Positions 1 through 12,125 of a stretch of 64,000 nt of DNA are shown here, piece by piece. Below the pieces are notes generated by a model, which was not told where the DNA came from, did no database searches, and saw only the letters and a program-made list of their open reading frames with translations. This DNA comes from Octopus vulgaris (taxonomy: Eukaryota). The position numbers and the translations under genes were made by a program. The stretch covers positions 17,794,001 through 17,858,000 of the forward strand of contig OX597834.1 in assembly GCA_951406725.2 (NCBI GenBank). The letters run 5' to 3'. How positions within the stretch are numbered: position 1 is the stretch's first letter; every line of letters starts with the position of its first letter.

Positions 1-227
1 TTAACTACTTTGGCCATCCGATCCACTCTTTGAGGTATATTTCAAGCAGAGGTGATACAATTTACTATACTGGATTGTTAAATATTAAAAACACCACTTC
101 GTGTTTTCTCAGTTTTTCTGTTTTTCTCCCACTCAGTCTTCTACTTCTTTGTCTTCTGCCACTCTCCCTCAATATTTCATCATGCTGAGTATTGTCTTTC
201 ACTTTCTCCTCCTTTCATTTTTTTCAG

Positions 228-385
228 ATATCATTTTGAATTTCCGAACAACGTATGTCAGTAATACTGGTCAAGTGATTTATGATGGAAAACTTATTGC
301 TTTGAACTATATAAAACAATGGTTTCTCATGGATCTTCTGGCTGCTATTCCTTTTGATTTACTTTATGCTTTTCAAGTAGAAACG
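228..385 (+). CDS. KCNH8: ELK/KCNH-type K+ channel exon (S2-S3: [11 protein letters not shown]...[15 protein letters not shown]); gene starts upstream of the window
   Basis: ttttcag acceptor, ACG|gtgag donor; EAG-family S2-S3 signature. The symbol denotes the ELK subfamily, not proven orthology. Confidence 0.93.
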
Positions 386-1013
386 GTGAGCGATATTCTA
401 TCATATATCAGAAGTGTTTGAGTGAGGGTGGAAGAAGTTTCTCTTGCTCATATGTATTTTGAATGTGTGTTTGTGGCGGGGTATTTGCACCTAGAACACT
501 GAAATTTTGCATAAGGATACATGTTATCAAGTAGTAAGTCATAAACTATTGTCCTTTTCTGATACTTTCCATAAACCTAAACCAAGGCCAAGCAATGCTG
601 TTAGTGGTTCTGCTTTGAAGTTAACTTACAGGAACTTTGGCAAATGACAGCAAATTGAAGTAAATTCAAATTATTTATTCAAGATTTCATTGGGGTGACA
701 GATGATGTGGAACTGCAGGCATTCTTAAGCCACACCAACAATGAGGGGCAGACATACTGAGAATTACCACAGAACGGAGGTCTTTTCTTACTAAAAGCCA
801 AATGCCTTGAAAGAAATTTGTATATTACACTGATTTGTTGTCTAACAAGACCTCAACTTTCTATATAGGGCTGACAGAGAATACATTGAAAACAATGCCT
901 ATTTTGCTCTCAGATTACTGACAGTGTCCCTGTACATGGCTTGCACAGCTCTCGCTAACCATTCATCTGTCCCTAGTTTCCTCATTTATCACCAGATATG
1001 GGATCGGGGATCA

Positions 1014-1110
1014 CTGTCAAAGGGTTTCTCCCTGTCAAAGGGTTTCTCCCTGTCAAAGGGTTTCTTCCTATCGAAGGCTTTCTCCATGTCGAAGGCTTTC
1101 TCCATGTCAA
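1014..1110. repeat. 18-bp tandem repeat, about 5.4 units
   Basis: CTGTCAAAGGGTTTCTCC and variants. Confidence 0.9.
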
Positions 1111-2395
1111 CGAAAGCCAAATTTCTTTATAAATACATACATATGTCCTTCCTTCAGCAATGATTTAACTGTTATTACTAGAGCAGTATTATAATGTTAC
1201 TAATACCATGCTTACAGTTTTGTAGCCAAATGTTATATAAATATGTAAAATATGATACTTTGGAGAAAAATCAATCAAGATGTGCTGTTTATGGTAATTT
1301 TTGAGAAAAAACAAATCAGCAAGTCAGACTCTATGGGTTGCTTGACTTGCTATAAATAACTGCTAAATATCCTTCAAAGTACTTTCTACCATCTTCAAAA
1401 ATAGGATGGACACAGTGAACAATGTAGACCTAGATATATTAGAATATGGGATGATCCTGTCTGGAATGCCTTTGATCTTAGGTTTACTTGTCCACTTGTG
1501 AATAGGGGCTAATCAACAAGAAGTCAATGTATGTCTTTTTGATTGATATAAGCGATATAAATTAAATTTAATTAGCTAGAACTGGTAAATGAAACTGGAT
1601 CACAAACCTGGTTTTCTTTTCTGTAGTCCTTTCTAGACTTGGATAGGCCTGTATATTGTATAGACTTTATCCCACCAAACACATTTTTGAAAAGAAGTCT
1701 GTTTTGTTGTAGCTGATGGTACTTAATTTGTTGAATACTTGTATTTCACTACCAGTTGATAAATAGTCCAAAACATGGAACTTAAAATTTGAGATAACTA
1801 GCTTATGAATGGTTTGCTTTTTATTAGCTATTAACATATTTTTACTGATTGTCAACAAATGTTTTCATAAATTAGAAACCATTTCACTGAATCATTTTCA
1901 AATTACTTTATTGAATCATTTTATTAAATCACTGCAAGAGTTGAATGATTGTTGATGGTATCAGTAAGACTTTTGTTTTTATTTAGTTTTTAACAACTTT
2001 TTTAACATCATAGAACAATCATCCTTTAATAGGCAGTTGGGTCCTTTAAAAGGATCTGAATGCAATAGGGTCCATTAAAAGTCTCTAAATATGCTTGATA
2101 TTTTCTTATATGCTAAATATTTAGGATTTTTTTTATTATCCTGCGTAACCTATTTAATAAAAATATTCGGCTTTCTCTGTCATATAGAATTATTAGTTGG
2201 AAAAACCTTGTGTGTGTGTGTGTGTAAGAGAGAGTGAGAGAGTGTAGTTTTGTAGTTCTTATAATGTTGCTTCACATTTGAATAACTCAGAATTTTTTTT
2301 TAAATTTCAATTCTTTAGAAAGTTGTTGAGAACAAAAAAAGTTACATGGTATTAAAACAATGTTAACTACTAAATATTCCAGAGTGACTTGGTGT

Positions 2396-2847
2396 TTAAT
2401 CCTTTAGCATTAAATCTGGCCATATCTGGCCCAAATATTTTACCTATTTAACCCTTTCGTTACTGTATTTATTTTGAGATGCTCTTTGTTTCTTTCAATT
2501 ATTTTAAATACAACAAAAAATTTGGTAAAATAATTTAGTCATCATTCAGCTAGTGTTAGGAACATAAATTGTGACTAAGGTTCGGTAGAATATTTTAATT
2601 CAAAATTTATGAAAACAAGACATTTGTACTCAGAACCAGAGCCGGTTTCAGCCAGGTTGGTAACGAAAGGATTAATGTGAAAACTGACCAGATCCAACCA
2701 CTTACACCTATTCTACAATGTCATTCTAAAACTATACAGACACACCATTGAAATCTTGAAGCTACAAGATAATGTGTAATCAATTCAAAGCAATGTGAAT
2801 AATTAAGCAAGACATTTGACAAGGAAATCTGAATGCGAAAGGATTAA
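2396..2847. mobile_element. piggyBac-like MITE with a second TTAA MITE nested at 2448-2675
   Basis: TTAA-flanked TIRs CCTTTAGCATT/AATGCGAAAGG (outer) and CCCTTTCGTTAC/GTAACGAAAGG (inner). Confidence 0.8.
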
Positions 2848-2951
2848 TTTTAACTTGTATTCTCCAGGCTGGTTGAATGGATAGTGAGATATATTATTAA
2901 ACTTTGTGAAATAAGCCAACAAAAACTGAAATTTTTTATTACTTTTGCCAG

Positions 2952-3156
2952 GGTACCCTTATTCCATTGCTGAAGGTTGCCAGGTTACTGAGATTAATAC
3001 GGTTGTTCCAGAAAATGGACCGTTACTCACAATATGGAAGTGTTGTGATAATCCTGTTGCTGTCCATGTTTACTTTAACAGCCCATTGGTTAGCTTGTGT
3101 TTGGTACAGCATAGGGAAATTTGAACTACAGAAACATCCCACAAGCTGGAGGATAG
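2952..3156 (+). CDS. KCNH8: ELK channel exon (S4-S5: [23 protein letters not shown]...[12 protein letters not shown])
   Basis: ccag|GGT acceptor, G|gtaagt donor, phases match neighbouring exons; voltage-sensor Arg repeat. Confidence 0.95.
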
Positions 3157-3775
3157 GTAAGTACTAACGGAGTTACATTTGGTGGAATTCTGCTTTAAGC
3201 ATCCCATATAACCACTCATAACCTTTTCACTTTTTGGAATTTTCAGAAAATCTTTGCGAATTTGTGTTCTACACATACAAATTCATATGGTTATGCAAAA
3301 ACCAAAGACACATTTTTTTGTGTGATTTAAGGGATATTCAGGTGTTATTCTTAGCACATCTTACAACCACCTGATATGCTTCTTGTTAGTTTGTCACTCC
3401 AATACATTGATGTATTTCAATATCTTTCTTCCCATAAACACATTTCAATGGTCTATCACTAGGATTTAAGCAAAATATTCAGATTTTCTGTATTTAAAAA
3501 AAACTGTTGATTTAAAAAAAAAAAATTGGAAAAAAAATTATGAAACAAATTTTCTTTTTTTAATTCGAAAAATTAAAACAATTTTTACCAATGTTTAGAA
3601 TACAAATTCACAAAAATTTTCTGAAAATTCCAAAAAGATGGTTGGAAAGCAACTATCCAGCCCATACAAGCCACACCTGAGCCATTACTCTTTTATATAT
3701 ATATATGTATATATATATATTGTTTTTATACATAAGTTTTTGCTGGTGTTTAATTTGAATTTCTCTATTCTCTAG

Positions 3776-3967
3776 GCTGGCTGAATGAATTGGCGGATAC
3801 ATTAAACAGACCTATTATGAATCGCACTCATTTACCTGATATGTGGAGTTGTTACTTAACAGCTCTGTATTTTACATGTAGTAGTTTAACTACAGTAGGC
3901 TTTGGTAATGTATCAGCCAATACAAATGCTGAGAAGATCTTCTCTGTTTGTGCAATGCTTATTGGTG
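3776..3967 (+). CDS. KCNH8: ELK channel exon (pore helix/filter SSLTTVGFGNVSANTNAEKIF)
   Basis: ctag|GC acceptor, G|gtaggt donor; GFG filter; SANT motif typical of ELK. Confidence 0.96.
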
Positions 3968-4690
3968 GTAGGTATCATTTTTCTTTTCTTTTGTATTTAA
4001 TAATCCGCTTTCTTTTTATTTAGTTTATATAAATTTTTGTATATTTGTATAAGAATTTGAGAACATAGTTAGTGTCAATCTATCAGCAGAAAAACTTCAT
4101 GATTTATATCTTATCTTATTGCTGTGCAGTATCTTTTGGCAAAAATATTTAAATGTTACTGGTTTAATTTCCCTTGCTGTAAAATAAGCACCATAGGAAA
4201 CCTGTTAATCATTCATGCCATTGAGAGGAGCTCTAAGTGGTTGCCTTGCCTGCTAGAAATAGAAATTACTTCTCAGAACACACCCTGCTATCTTAAGTAA
4301 GAAAGGGCATGTTAGATAAAGTAGTCCTACCTGCTCCTAAAATATAGGATGGTCATATTTGGAATGTCTTATGATCTTGTGTCTGCTTAATCTGAGCTAA
4401 ATAACAACAGCAACAACTATTAATCATTGTAAGCAGCAGAATTCAGCTTGTAATTAAGTTTATGTAAGCATGTAATTAGTAGATATACTAGTCAGGATAA
4501 TTAATGATGATATAGCTGCATTTTGAGAGTGTATCTAGTTAATTATTAATGGATATGTACTGTTTACTTTGCGTGTACATATATGAGATCATTGTATGTA
4601 TATGATCAGTGTAAGGTCAGTGTGTATGTATATGAGATAGTTTTATGCTGCAGTGAAAGTTCCATTCTAAATGTTTTGTTTTCTTTGCAG

Positions 4691-4890
4691 CAATGATGTA
4701 TGCTTTGGTGTTTGGTAATGTGACTGCTATTGTGCAGAGAGCTTACGCGAGAAGAGCTACATTTCACATGAAAACTAATGACTTAAAGGAATTCTATCAC
4801 ACTTACAATATTCCGAAACCTTTGAAGCATCGAATCCAAGACTATTTTCAGAGTATGTGGACAATGAATAATGGAATCAATCTAAATGAG
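4691..4890 (+). CDS. KCNH8: ELK channel exon (S6 and C-linker: AMMYALVFGNVTAIVQR...NGINLNE)
   Basis: tttgcag acceptor, GAG|gtaaa donor; phase-consistent. Confidence 0.95.
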
Positions 4891-4911
4891 GTAAAAAAAA
4901 AGAAGATTTTT

Positions 4912-4943
<32 letters not shown>

Positions 4944-5498
4944 CCACCACCAACAGTTAATGTCCATGTTCCATGCTGGCATGGGTTGGATGATTTGACA
5001 GGATTCAGTGAGTGCAAGGACTGCATCATGCTCCAGTGTGTGCTTTGGCATGGTTTCTATGGTGACTGCCCTTCCTAATGCCAAACACTTCACAGCATGG
5101 AGTGAGTGCCACATGCATTATTGAAGTCACCATGCAGCCCACAGGACTACAAACCCTGGTGGAGTTGGGGGTTCAGCTTCATGCTAGGGGAGGAGGTGCT
5201 AAATTATGAGAATGTGGGGAGGTTGGAGCAGATCCTTGTAGAGGACCTGCATGGCTACTCATATCATCTAGAAGAGAGAAAAGAGAAAATGATTTGTAGG
5301 AGCTGCAAAGTTTTAGAGAATGATAAGGTGCCCAGGTCGGCCTGCAACACAGAAATTGAGCAAAAGTGGGGGAATGGATGGTTTGCAAAATTGTATGGGA
5401 AGGAAATGAAGGCTGGATGGGCTGGTAGACTACAAAAATCTTATCCCTCGATCTATTTTACTTTCCATAATCAAGTCTGTAAATAATCTATATCTGTA

Positions 5499-5875
5499 CA
5501 TAGGTGTCTGGTAAAAAGCTTGCTTCCCAAACACATAGTTCTGGGTTCAGTCCCTTCGCATGGCACCTTGGGCAAGTGTCTTCTACTATAGCCTCGGGCA
5601 AACCGAATCCTTATGAGTGGATTTGGTAGATGACTGAAAGAAGCCCGTCGTATGTATATATGTGTGTGTGTGCATGTGTGTGTCCTCACCACTGCTTGAC
5701 GACTGGTGTTGGTGTGTTTATGTCCCCTTAACTTAGCGGTTTGGCAAAAGAGATCGATAACATAAGTACCATACTTAAAAAAAAGGTACTGGGGTCAGCC
5801 CATTCTAGTGGAGATTCTTCAAGGCAGTGCCCCAGCATGGCCTCAGTCTAATGAGTGAAACAAGTAAAGAAAAGA
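5499..5875 (+). mobile_element. tRNA-derived SINE, family A (CORE-like segment, internal TA/TG microsatellite)
   Basis: B-box GGTTCAGTCCC, CCTTGGGCAAGTGTCTT, shared tail; homologous to 9621-9995, 10722-11035 and 52694-53113. Confidence 0.85.
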
Positions 5876-7316
5876 TCAATAGTTCCTAAACTTAGTTTGT
5901 CATGGAATTCTGTTATAAATTTCTAAGATTCATGGAATATATACCAATACTTTAAGGACAACCCTTGTCATCTTAATTTTAATTAGACGTTAAAACAAAC
6001 AAAAATTGTTTTGGAAATAATTTATTCCTAGCAAAATGAAAACAATATATGTTTACTTATTCTGTAAATGGTGAATACTATTTTTGTTTATAATAGAAGG
6101 TTTATTAGATTTTATTAAAAGGCACCATTTCTCACAGAATTTTTGGAAAAACAGATTCTGAGAAATACCAATCAATTCTTTACGTCAATATTTATACAAA
6201 AAACTCTATATTGCAAGTTATTCTGTTATTTCTAACTATTCTTCTTTACTTTTTCTTTATTCTTTTTTTATTTCCTTTTCTTTTTTTCTCTTTCATTCCT
6301 CTCCTGCTCAAAGAAATAAATATAATTAGATATGAAAATAAACAATAGACATTGAAGCAGGCACAAAACAAATAAAATAATCTCCTAATATAATAATGAG
6401 TGTAGTGTTTTTAAACGTGTGTTTATATTTGTGTGTGTGTGTATATATATATATATACATATATATTTGTCCAAAATCACACAGTAGGAGTAAAGGGAGA
6501 GGAGAGAAAATAATAATTCAGTGAAGGAGAAATAGTGAGAGTAATAGTCATGACTGAGAGGGAGTGAGAGAAAGTAACAGTAATGAGAGAGAGGAAGTGG
6601 TAAAGAGAGCATTGTATATCTTCTACTATAATAATCTACTACAATAATACTCTTGTGAATTTCTCTGTCACAACATATGAATGAGAAAGGAAAGGGTGAT
6701 CTACCAATGGAAGTGGGATTGTGAAGAGTCAACGGTGAAACAAAAATCAAACAGTGCTTCAACTCTGTGTGAGTATATGTGTGTGCATGTAAAAGGGAGG
6801 ACTGTGAATGTTTGTGTAAAACATATTTATATGCTTGAGTGAGTGTATATGTGTTTATGTATGTTTATTTAGAAAGATACATAGAAAATAGAATTACAGA
6901 CACCTGCATTTACACATACATATATAAACAGATACACTTAAGGAAGTTGGAAGTGGGCTGCAACAAAGTATAGGAAACTGTGTTCGCTACATACTATGCT
7001 ACTCATACTTATAAATGTATACATATGAACACGTGCGTGCATGAGCACACGCACACACACAGAGTTGAAGCATTGATTTCTTTTTCACATTTTTGTACCC
7101 TTTTTGTATATAAAATACTACAATTAGCTGTCATTTTTGACAGTACGGGGCCAGCTAGTAACAATAATAATAGTAGTAGTGGTGGTGATGTGCAAATATA
7201 TAAATGATACAAGAATGAACAATTACTAGAGGTGTACATCAGATAAATATATATCTCACAAAAGGTAATATATTCTTTATAATCAATCAATCATTTACTT
7301 TTATTTATCATTTCAG

Positions 7317-7566
7317 CTATTTTATGAATTCCCAGATGAAATGAAAGGGGAAATATCAATGCATCTTCATAAAGAGATTTTGTCTTTGCCATTGTTTAAA
7401 TGTGCTACTCATGGATGTATGAAGGCAATATCCTTACAAATTAGACGTACTTTCTGTGCACCCGGTGAATACTTGATTCATCGAGGTGATGCCATTAGCT
7501 ATCTTTACTTCATCCTTAGTGGTTCTCTGGAGATTCTCAAAGATGACAAAGTGGTGGCACTATTAG
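7317..7566 (+). CDS. KCNH8: ELK channel exon (C-linker/CNBHD: FPDEMKGEISMHLHKEIL...FCAPGEYLIHRGD)
   Basis: tttcag acceptor, G|gtatgt donor; FCAPGEYL is ELK-like. Confidence 0.95.
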
Positions 7567-8338
7567 GTATGTAATCAATTCTTATAATGTCTAAATTTTG
7601 GTTAATTATTGCTTTCCAAGAAAACTTATTTTCTCCATTTCAGTCTTCAACATCCTCAGTAAATTTATTTATTCCTCCTCCTCCTAATTATAATAATAAT
7701 AATATCTTTGATGGTTATATATTACCAAATTAGTAAAAATATTCCAGTTAACAGTACTGTATTTCCCTGGTAAAAATCTCTTCTTGGTTCAATCAACCTA
7801 AAGTAAATATTAGCTACAAGAGGTTTCAGGTCTCCAAAATTTAATAACAAGGGCCTTGTATAAGTGATTTATGTTACAGTTGTATTACAGGTGTTTATTT
7901 AATCAATCATAGAGGGATGAATATCAGATGTATACTTTGGCAAAGTGTTGTCTTTCACCACTTCATAACTAATAAAACAGTAACGCTCTTTGTTAGTTTA
8001 GAGTGCTTAATTCAAATTCTTTATAATTATTACATTTAGAGGGATGAAATCTCTAAGCTGATTTGTCCTATGTATATTACATACAAATGCTTTTAGACAT
8101 GATCTGATGACAAATAGCTTTTAGGACAGATGTATTAAATCTTTGTATATATTTCTTTGACTTGGTCTAGAGCAAGAATGGGTAATCTGAGCCTTTAAGG
8201 TTCTTAAGTATGATCTGATAGATGTCTAGATTTTGCTTAAAATATTTTTGTTGATTACTAAGTATCATATTTATTTATTAAATATATACATGTCATTAAC
8301 AAGTTATTTTAATTTGTTCATTATTTACAATTACATAT

Positions 8339-8550
8339 AAGGCAATGAGCTGGCAGAATCATTAGCACGTCAGGCAAAATATTTAGCAGCATTTCATCTG
8401 TCTTTACATTCTGAGTTCAAATTCTACTGAGGTCGACTTTGCCCTTCATCTTTTTGAGTGTCAATAAAATAAGTACTAGTTGAGCACTGGGGTTGGTATA
8501 ATCAACTTACCCACAAATTTCTGGTCTTGTGCCAAAATTTAAAATCAATA
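8339..8550 (+). mobile_element. Short tRNA-derived SINE, family B
   Basis: GAGCTGGCAGAATC...GAGTTCAAATTC...GACTTTGCC(C/T)TTCATC; many copies in the window. Confidence 0.8.
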
Positions 8551-9046
8551 TTTACAGTTGCATTTTCACAATAAATATGATTACTGTTTTCTGCATATTA
8601 AAAAGAATTTAAAATTTATGTAGTCTTAGTAAGTTGCACTTAATTCAGTGCAGCCATCAAATATAAAAAAGATCTCAGGTTTCCCAACCATGTCAAACAA
8701 ATATTTTCTTTTTTTTTCTGCATGATAGAGAGCTATCTATGTTGACTGTAATGAAATTGCTAATTCCTGCTGCTAGGTAGGACAAACTCTAATGCAGTAT
8801 TTAGTTATGCCTCTCTAGATATTATTTAATATTTAGTTATACCAATTCTGATCTTGAATGCCACTAAGATCAATTTTCTTTTTCATTCTTCTGGGGTTGA
8901 TTAAACAAAGTATCAGCCAAATACTAGAGTTAATTTCATTAGCCATAGTCTTTCCCCAAATTTGTAGCATTGTGCCAATATTAGAAATTAATATTTGACT
9001 TTTAACGTTCCTGTGTTTTTTAATCAATTGTATTTTTCAAATCTAG

Positions 9047-9279
9047 GTAAAGGTGATCTGTTTGGTATTGACCTCCAATTTGAAGATCCAGTCGCTAGTT
9101 CCAGTTGCAGTGTGAAATCGTTGACGTACTGTGAACTTCAGTGTATCAACCTAATGGGATTCATCAGTGTCTTGTCATTATATCCTTCTGTAGCAGAAAA
9201 AATTGCTAACGCTGTCCAGCAAGAACTTACCTTCAATCTCAAAGATTGTGAAATTGATTTAGAAACAGAGAATAATTTT
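9047..9279 (+). CDS. KCNH8: ELK channel exon (CNBHD end: GKGDLFG...VKSLTYCELQCI...LTFNL)
   Basis: ctag|GT acceptor, TTT|gtaagt donor; CNBHD motifs. Confidence 0.93.
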
Positions 9280-9620
9280 GTAAGTTAAATTTTTTAGCAA
9301 GCTTGTTTCTTCTGTTTATGCTCAATTAAAAAAAAAATTATTTGCATAAAATGATTTTGAGGTTCATTTGGGTCAGTATGAAGATGTAAAGCTGACTTGG
9401 CTCTTGTGATATTCTCTTGTTTGTCAATCTGATGAGAAATAGCAAAACCCATAGATATTTTTAGTCCTTCTTAAATTGAGAGTAAGAACAAGTGGGTAAT
9501 AATAATGTTGAGTTTTGAGTTTACAATTTAGTGCTTGAGTAGTAAATGGACTTATTGAGGGGTTTATAATACTTTGTTGTTGTATGTTTCTCATTTACGT
9601 TGTTAGCTCACATAATAACT

Positions 9621-9995
9621 GCAGGTGTGGCTGTGTGGTAAGTAGCTTGCATCTCAACCACATGGTTCTAGGTTCAGTCCCACTGTGTGACACCTTGGGT
9701 AAGTGTCTTCTACTATAGCCTGGGGCCAACCAAAGCTTTGTGAGTAGATTTGGTAGACAGAAACTGAAAGAAGCCCATCATATATGAGTGTGTGTTGTTT
9801 GTCTCCTGCCACTACTTGACAACTTGTGCTGGTGTATTTACATCCCCATAACTTAGTGACTCAGCAAAAGAGACTGATAGAATAATTACCAGGTTTAAAA
9901 ATAAAATGAATAAATCCTGGAGTCAATTCATTCAAGACGGTGCCCCAGCATGGCCGCAATCTAATGACTGAAACAAGTAAAAGATAGACTATAAA
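9621..9995 (+). mobile_element. SINE family A copy
   Basis: Full-length similarity to the other family A copies. Confidence 0.85.
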
Positions 9996-10721
9996 AGAGA
10001 TAAGTCACTATTGAACACCCCCCCACCTTTCTTTTTATTTTATTAGAAAGGCCAACTGAAGAACCTAGATTTGTGTCTCCCCTCCAAATTGTATTAAAAT
10101 TTCCCAGCTTTTAATATAATGTACTTAATGCAACAGTTATTTTAATAGATATAGAGTAATATCAACATCAATATAAGTGATATGTTTATTTAAATTTTCT
10201 GAAACTGTATCTACACATGTGATGACACCTCCTCATGTACAATACTGTATATTTATTTAGTGATTCTCTCATCTCTACTTTTGAAAATACAGTGATGACT
10301 CTATTTCACTGAGTTTTAATAAGACTGAAACCTATCTAGAGTTATCTTTCATATGCTGAAATGATTAAAAAAACATTAGTTATTGAATGATGTTGTATTT
10401 TTCACTGTATAAGCATTTTTAATTAGAGTTTTGGTAATCACTGTTTTAAATATGATTCTCATGCCGAAGATGTCTCTGAATAATTAACTTCACCAAAAGG
10501 GAGAGAGATAGACAGACAGATAGACAAATAGATATTTAGAGAGAGAGAGAGAGAGAGAGAGAGACAAAGGACCAGAGTAGGTGAGAGAGTGGACGGAGCA
10601 AGAGTATGAAGGGAAAGATAGTGGGAATGGGGTGAAGTCAGAAGAGGATTGGTTAATAATAACAGAAGTGAACAAAAGTAATAAAAATAACAATACCAGT
10701 AACAGATGTTCAATGTCTTAT

Positions 10722-10774
10722 TAAAGCCTTGTGAGTGGATTTGGTAGACGGAAACTGAAAAGAAGCCCGTCGTA

Positions 10775-10812
<38 letters not shown>

Positions 10813-11035
10813 TGTGTGTGTTTATGTGTCTGTGTTTGTCCCCCTAGCATTGCTTGACAACCGATGCTGGTGTGTTTATGTCCCCGTCACTTAGCGGTTC
10901 GGCAAAAGAGACCGATAGAATAAGTACTGGGCTTACAAAAGAATAAGTCCTGGGGTCGAGTTGCTCGATTAAAGGCGGTGCTCCAGCATGGCCGCAGTCA
11001 AATGATTGAAACAAGTAAAAGAGAGTAAAGAGAGT
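10722..11035 (+). mobile_element. SINE family A copy, 5'-truncated, CpG-rich
   Basis: Near-identical to the reverse complement of 52694-53000. Confidence 0.85.
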
Positions 11036-11905
11036 ATATAAACATTCAGTAAGATATATTTTAATTATTCCAATAGAGTAACAAATAGCAATGAATAATT
11101 ACAATATTAAATGTAAACACATTTTTATATATATATATATACATGCATGATTTCACAGGATAATACAAGGCCCTCCATAATTGATGGTGATGATAGAAAT
11201 AACTGCAACAGTTCGGCAATAGTGCCACGTTATCTGCTTCCTGGATCAGGGTAAGCATTTTCGCATAAGTTATTTTATGTTGTATATTCATAATTTTTTA
11301 ATCCTTTTTGTTGTGTTTTATTTTTTTAGCTAATCTGAAGAAGAGAAAGACCCTTAATTATTTCTGTTCTTATATTGACTCACAGAAATGATTGGTTGAA
11401 ACTATTGTCATTTTAAATTGTTGCAAATTGTTGTTGGAGAATAAAAATGGGTAAGAAGAAAAAAAAATCCAGTGGGATATAGGATTCATGAAATAAGTAC
11501 AACTCAAAGAATTGGGGTCAACCTTGTGACTATATTAAGAGTAATTATTATTAGGAATGGTGAATAGCAGAAATGGCAGAATGCCTTGTGTCTTTTCATG
11601 TTCTGGATTTAAATCTCACCAAGGTCAGTTTTTACTATTTTTTCTTTGCAGTGTTGATAAAATAAGAAGCAACCAGGTTAATTATAACAACTGCCTTCTT
11701 TTTTTTAAAAAAAAAGTGGTCTTCTGCATATGTTAGAAGTCAGAATTATTGTTTGGTTATCTTTACCTTTCATCTCTCCGTTGTCAATAAAGTGCATACC
11801 TTTATTATACTGGCATCATTTAACATATAACATAGCTTTGAGATAAAAAGAATTTTCAACATGGTCATCATCACCCTCATTATCATTATTATTATTCTTA
11901 TTGTT

Positions 11906-12125
11906 AAGGCGGTGAGCTGGCAGGATTGTTAGCACACTGGGCAAAATGCTTAGCAGCATTTCGTCTGCCGCACGTTCTGAGTTCAATATCCACCAAGGTT
12001 GACTTTGCTTTTCATCCTTTCAGGGTCAATTAATTAAGTACCAGTTACATACTGGGTTGATCTAATCGACTGGCTTATCCCCCAAAATTTCAGGCCTTGT
12101 GCATTTAGTAGAAAGGATTATTATT
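11906..12125 (+). mobile_element. SINE family B copy
   Basis: Full-length, ends in an (ATT)n tail. Confidence 0.85.

Noticed and set aside
4891-4998. Poly-His extension of the channel ORF
   Set aside because: Lies past the splice donor; it is the (GAT)n tail of an antisense family C retroposon
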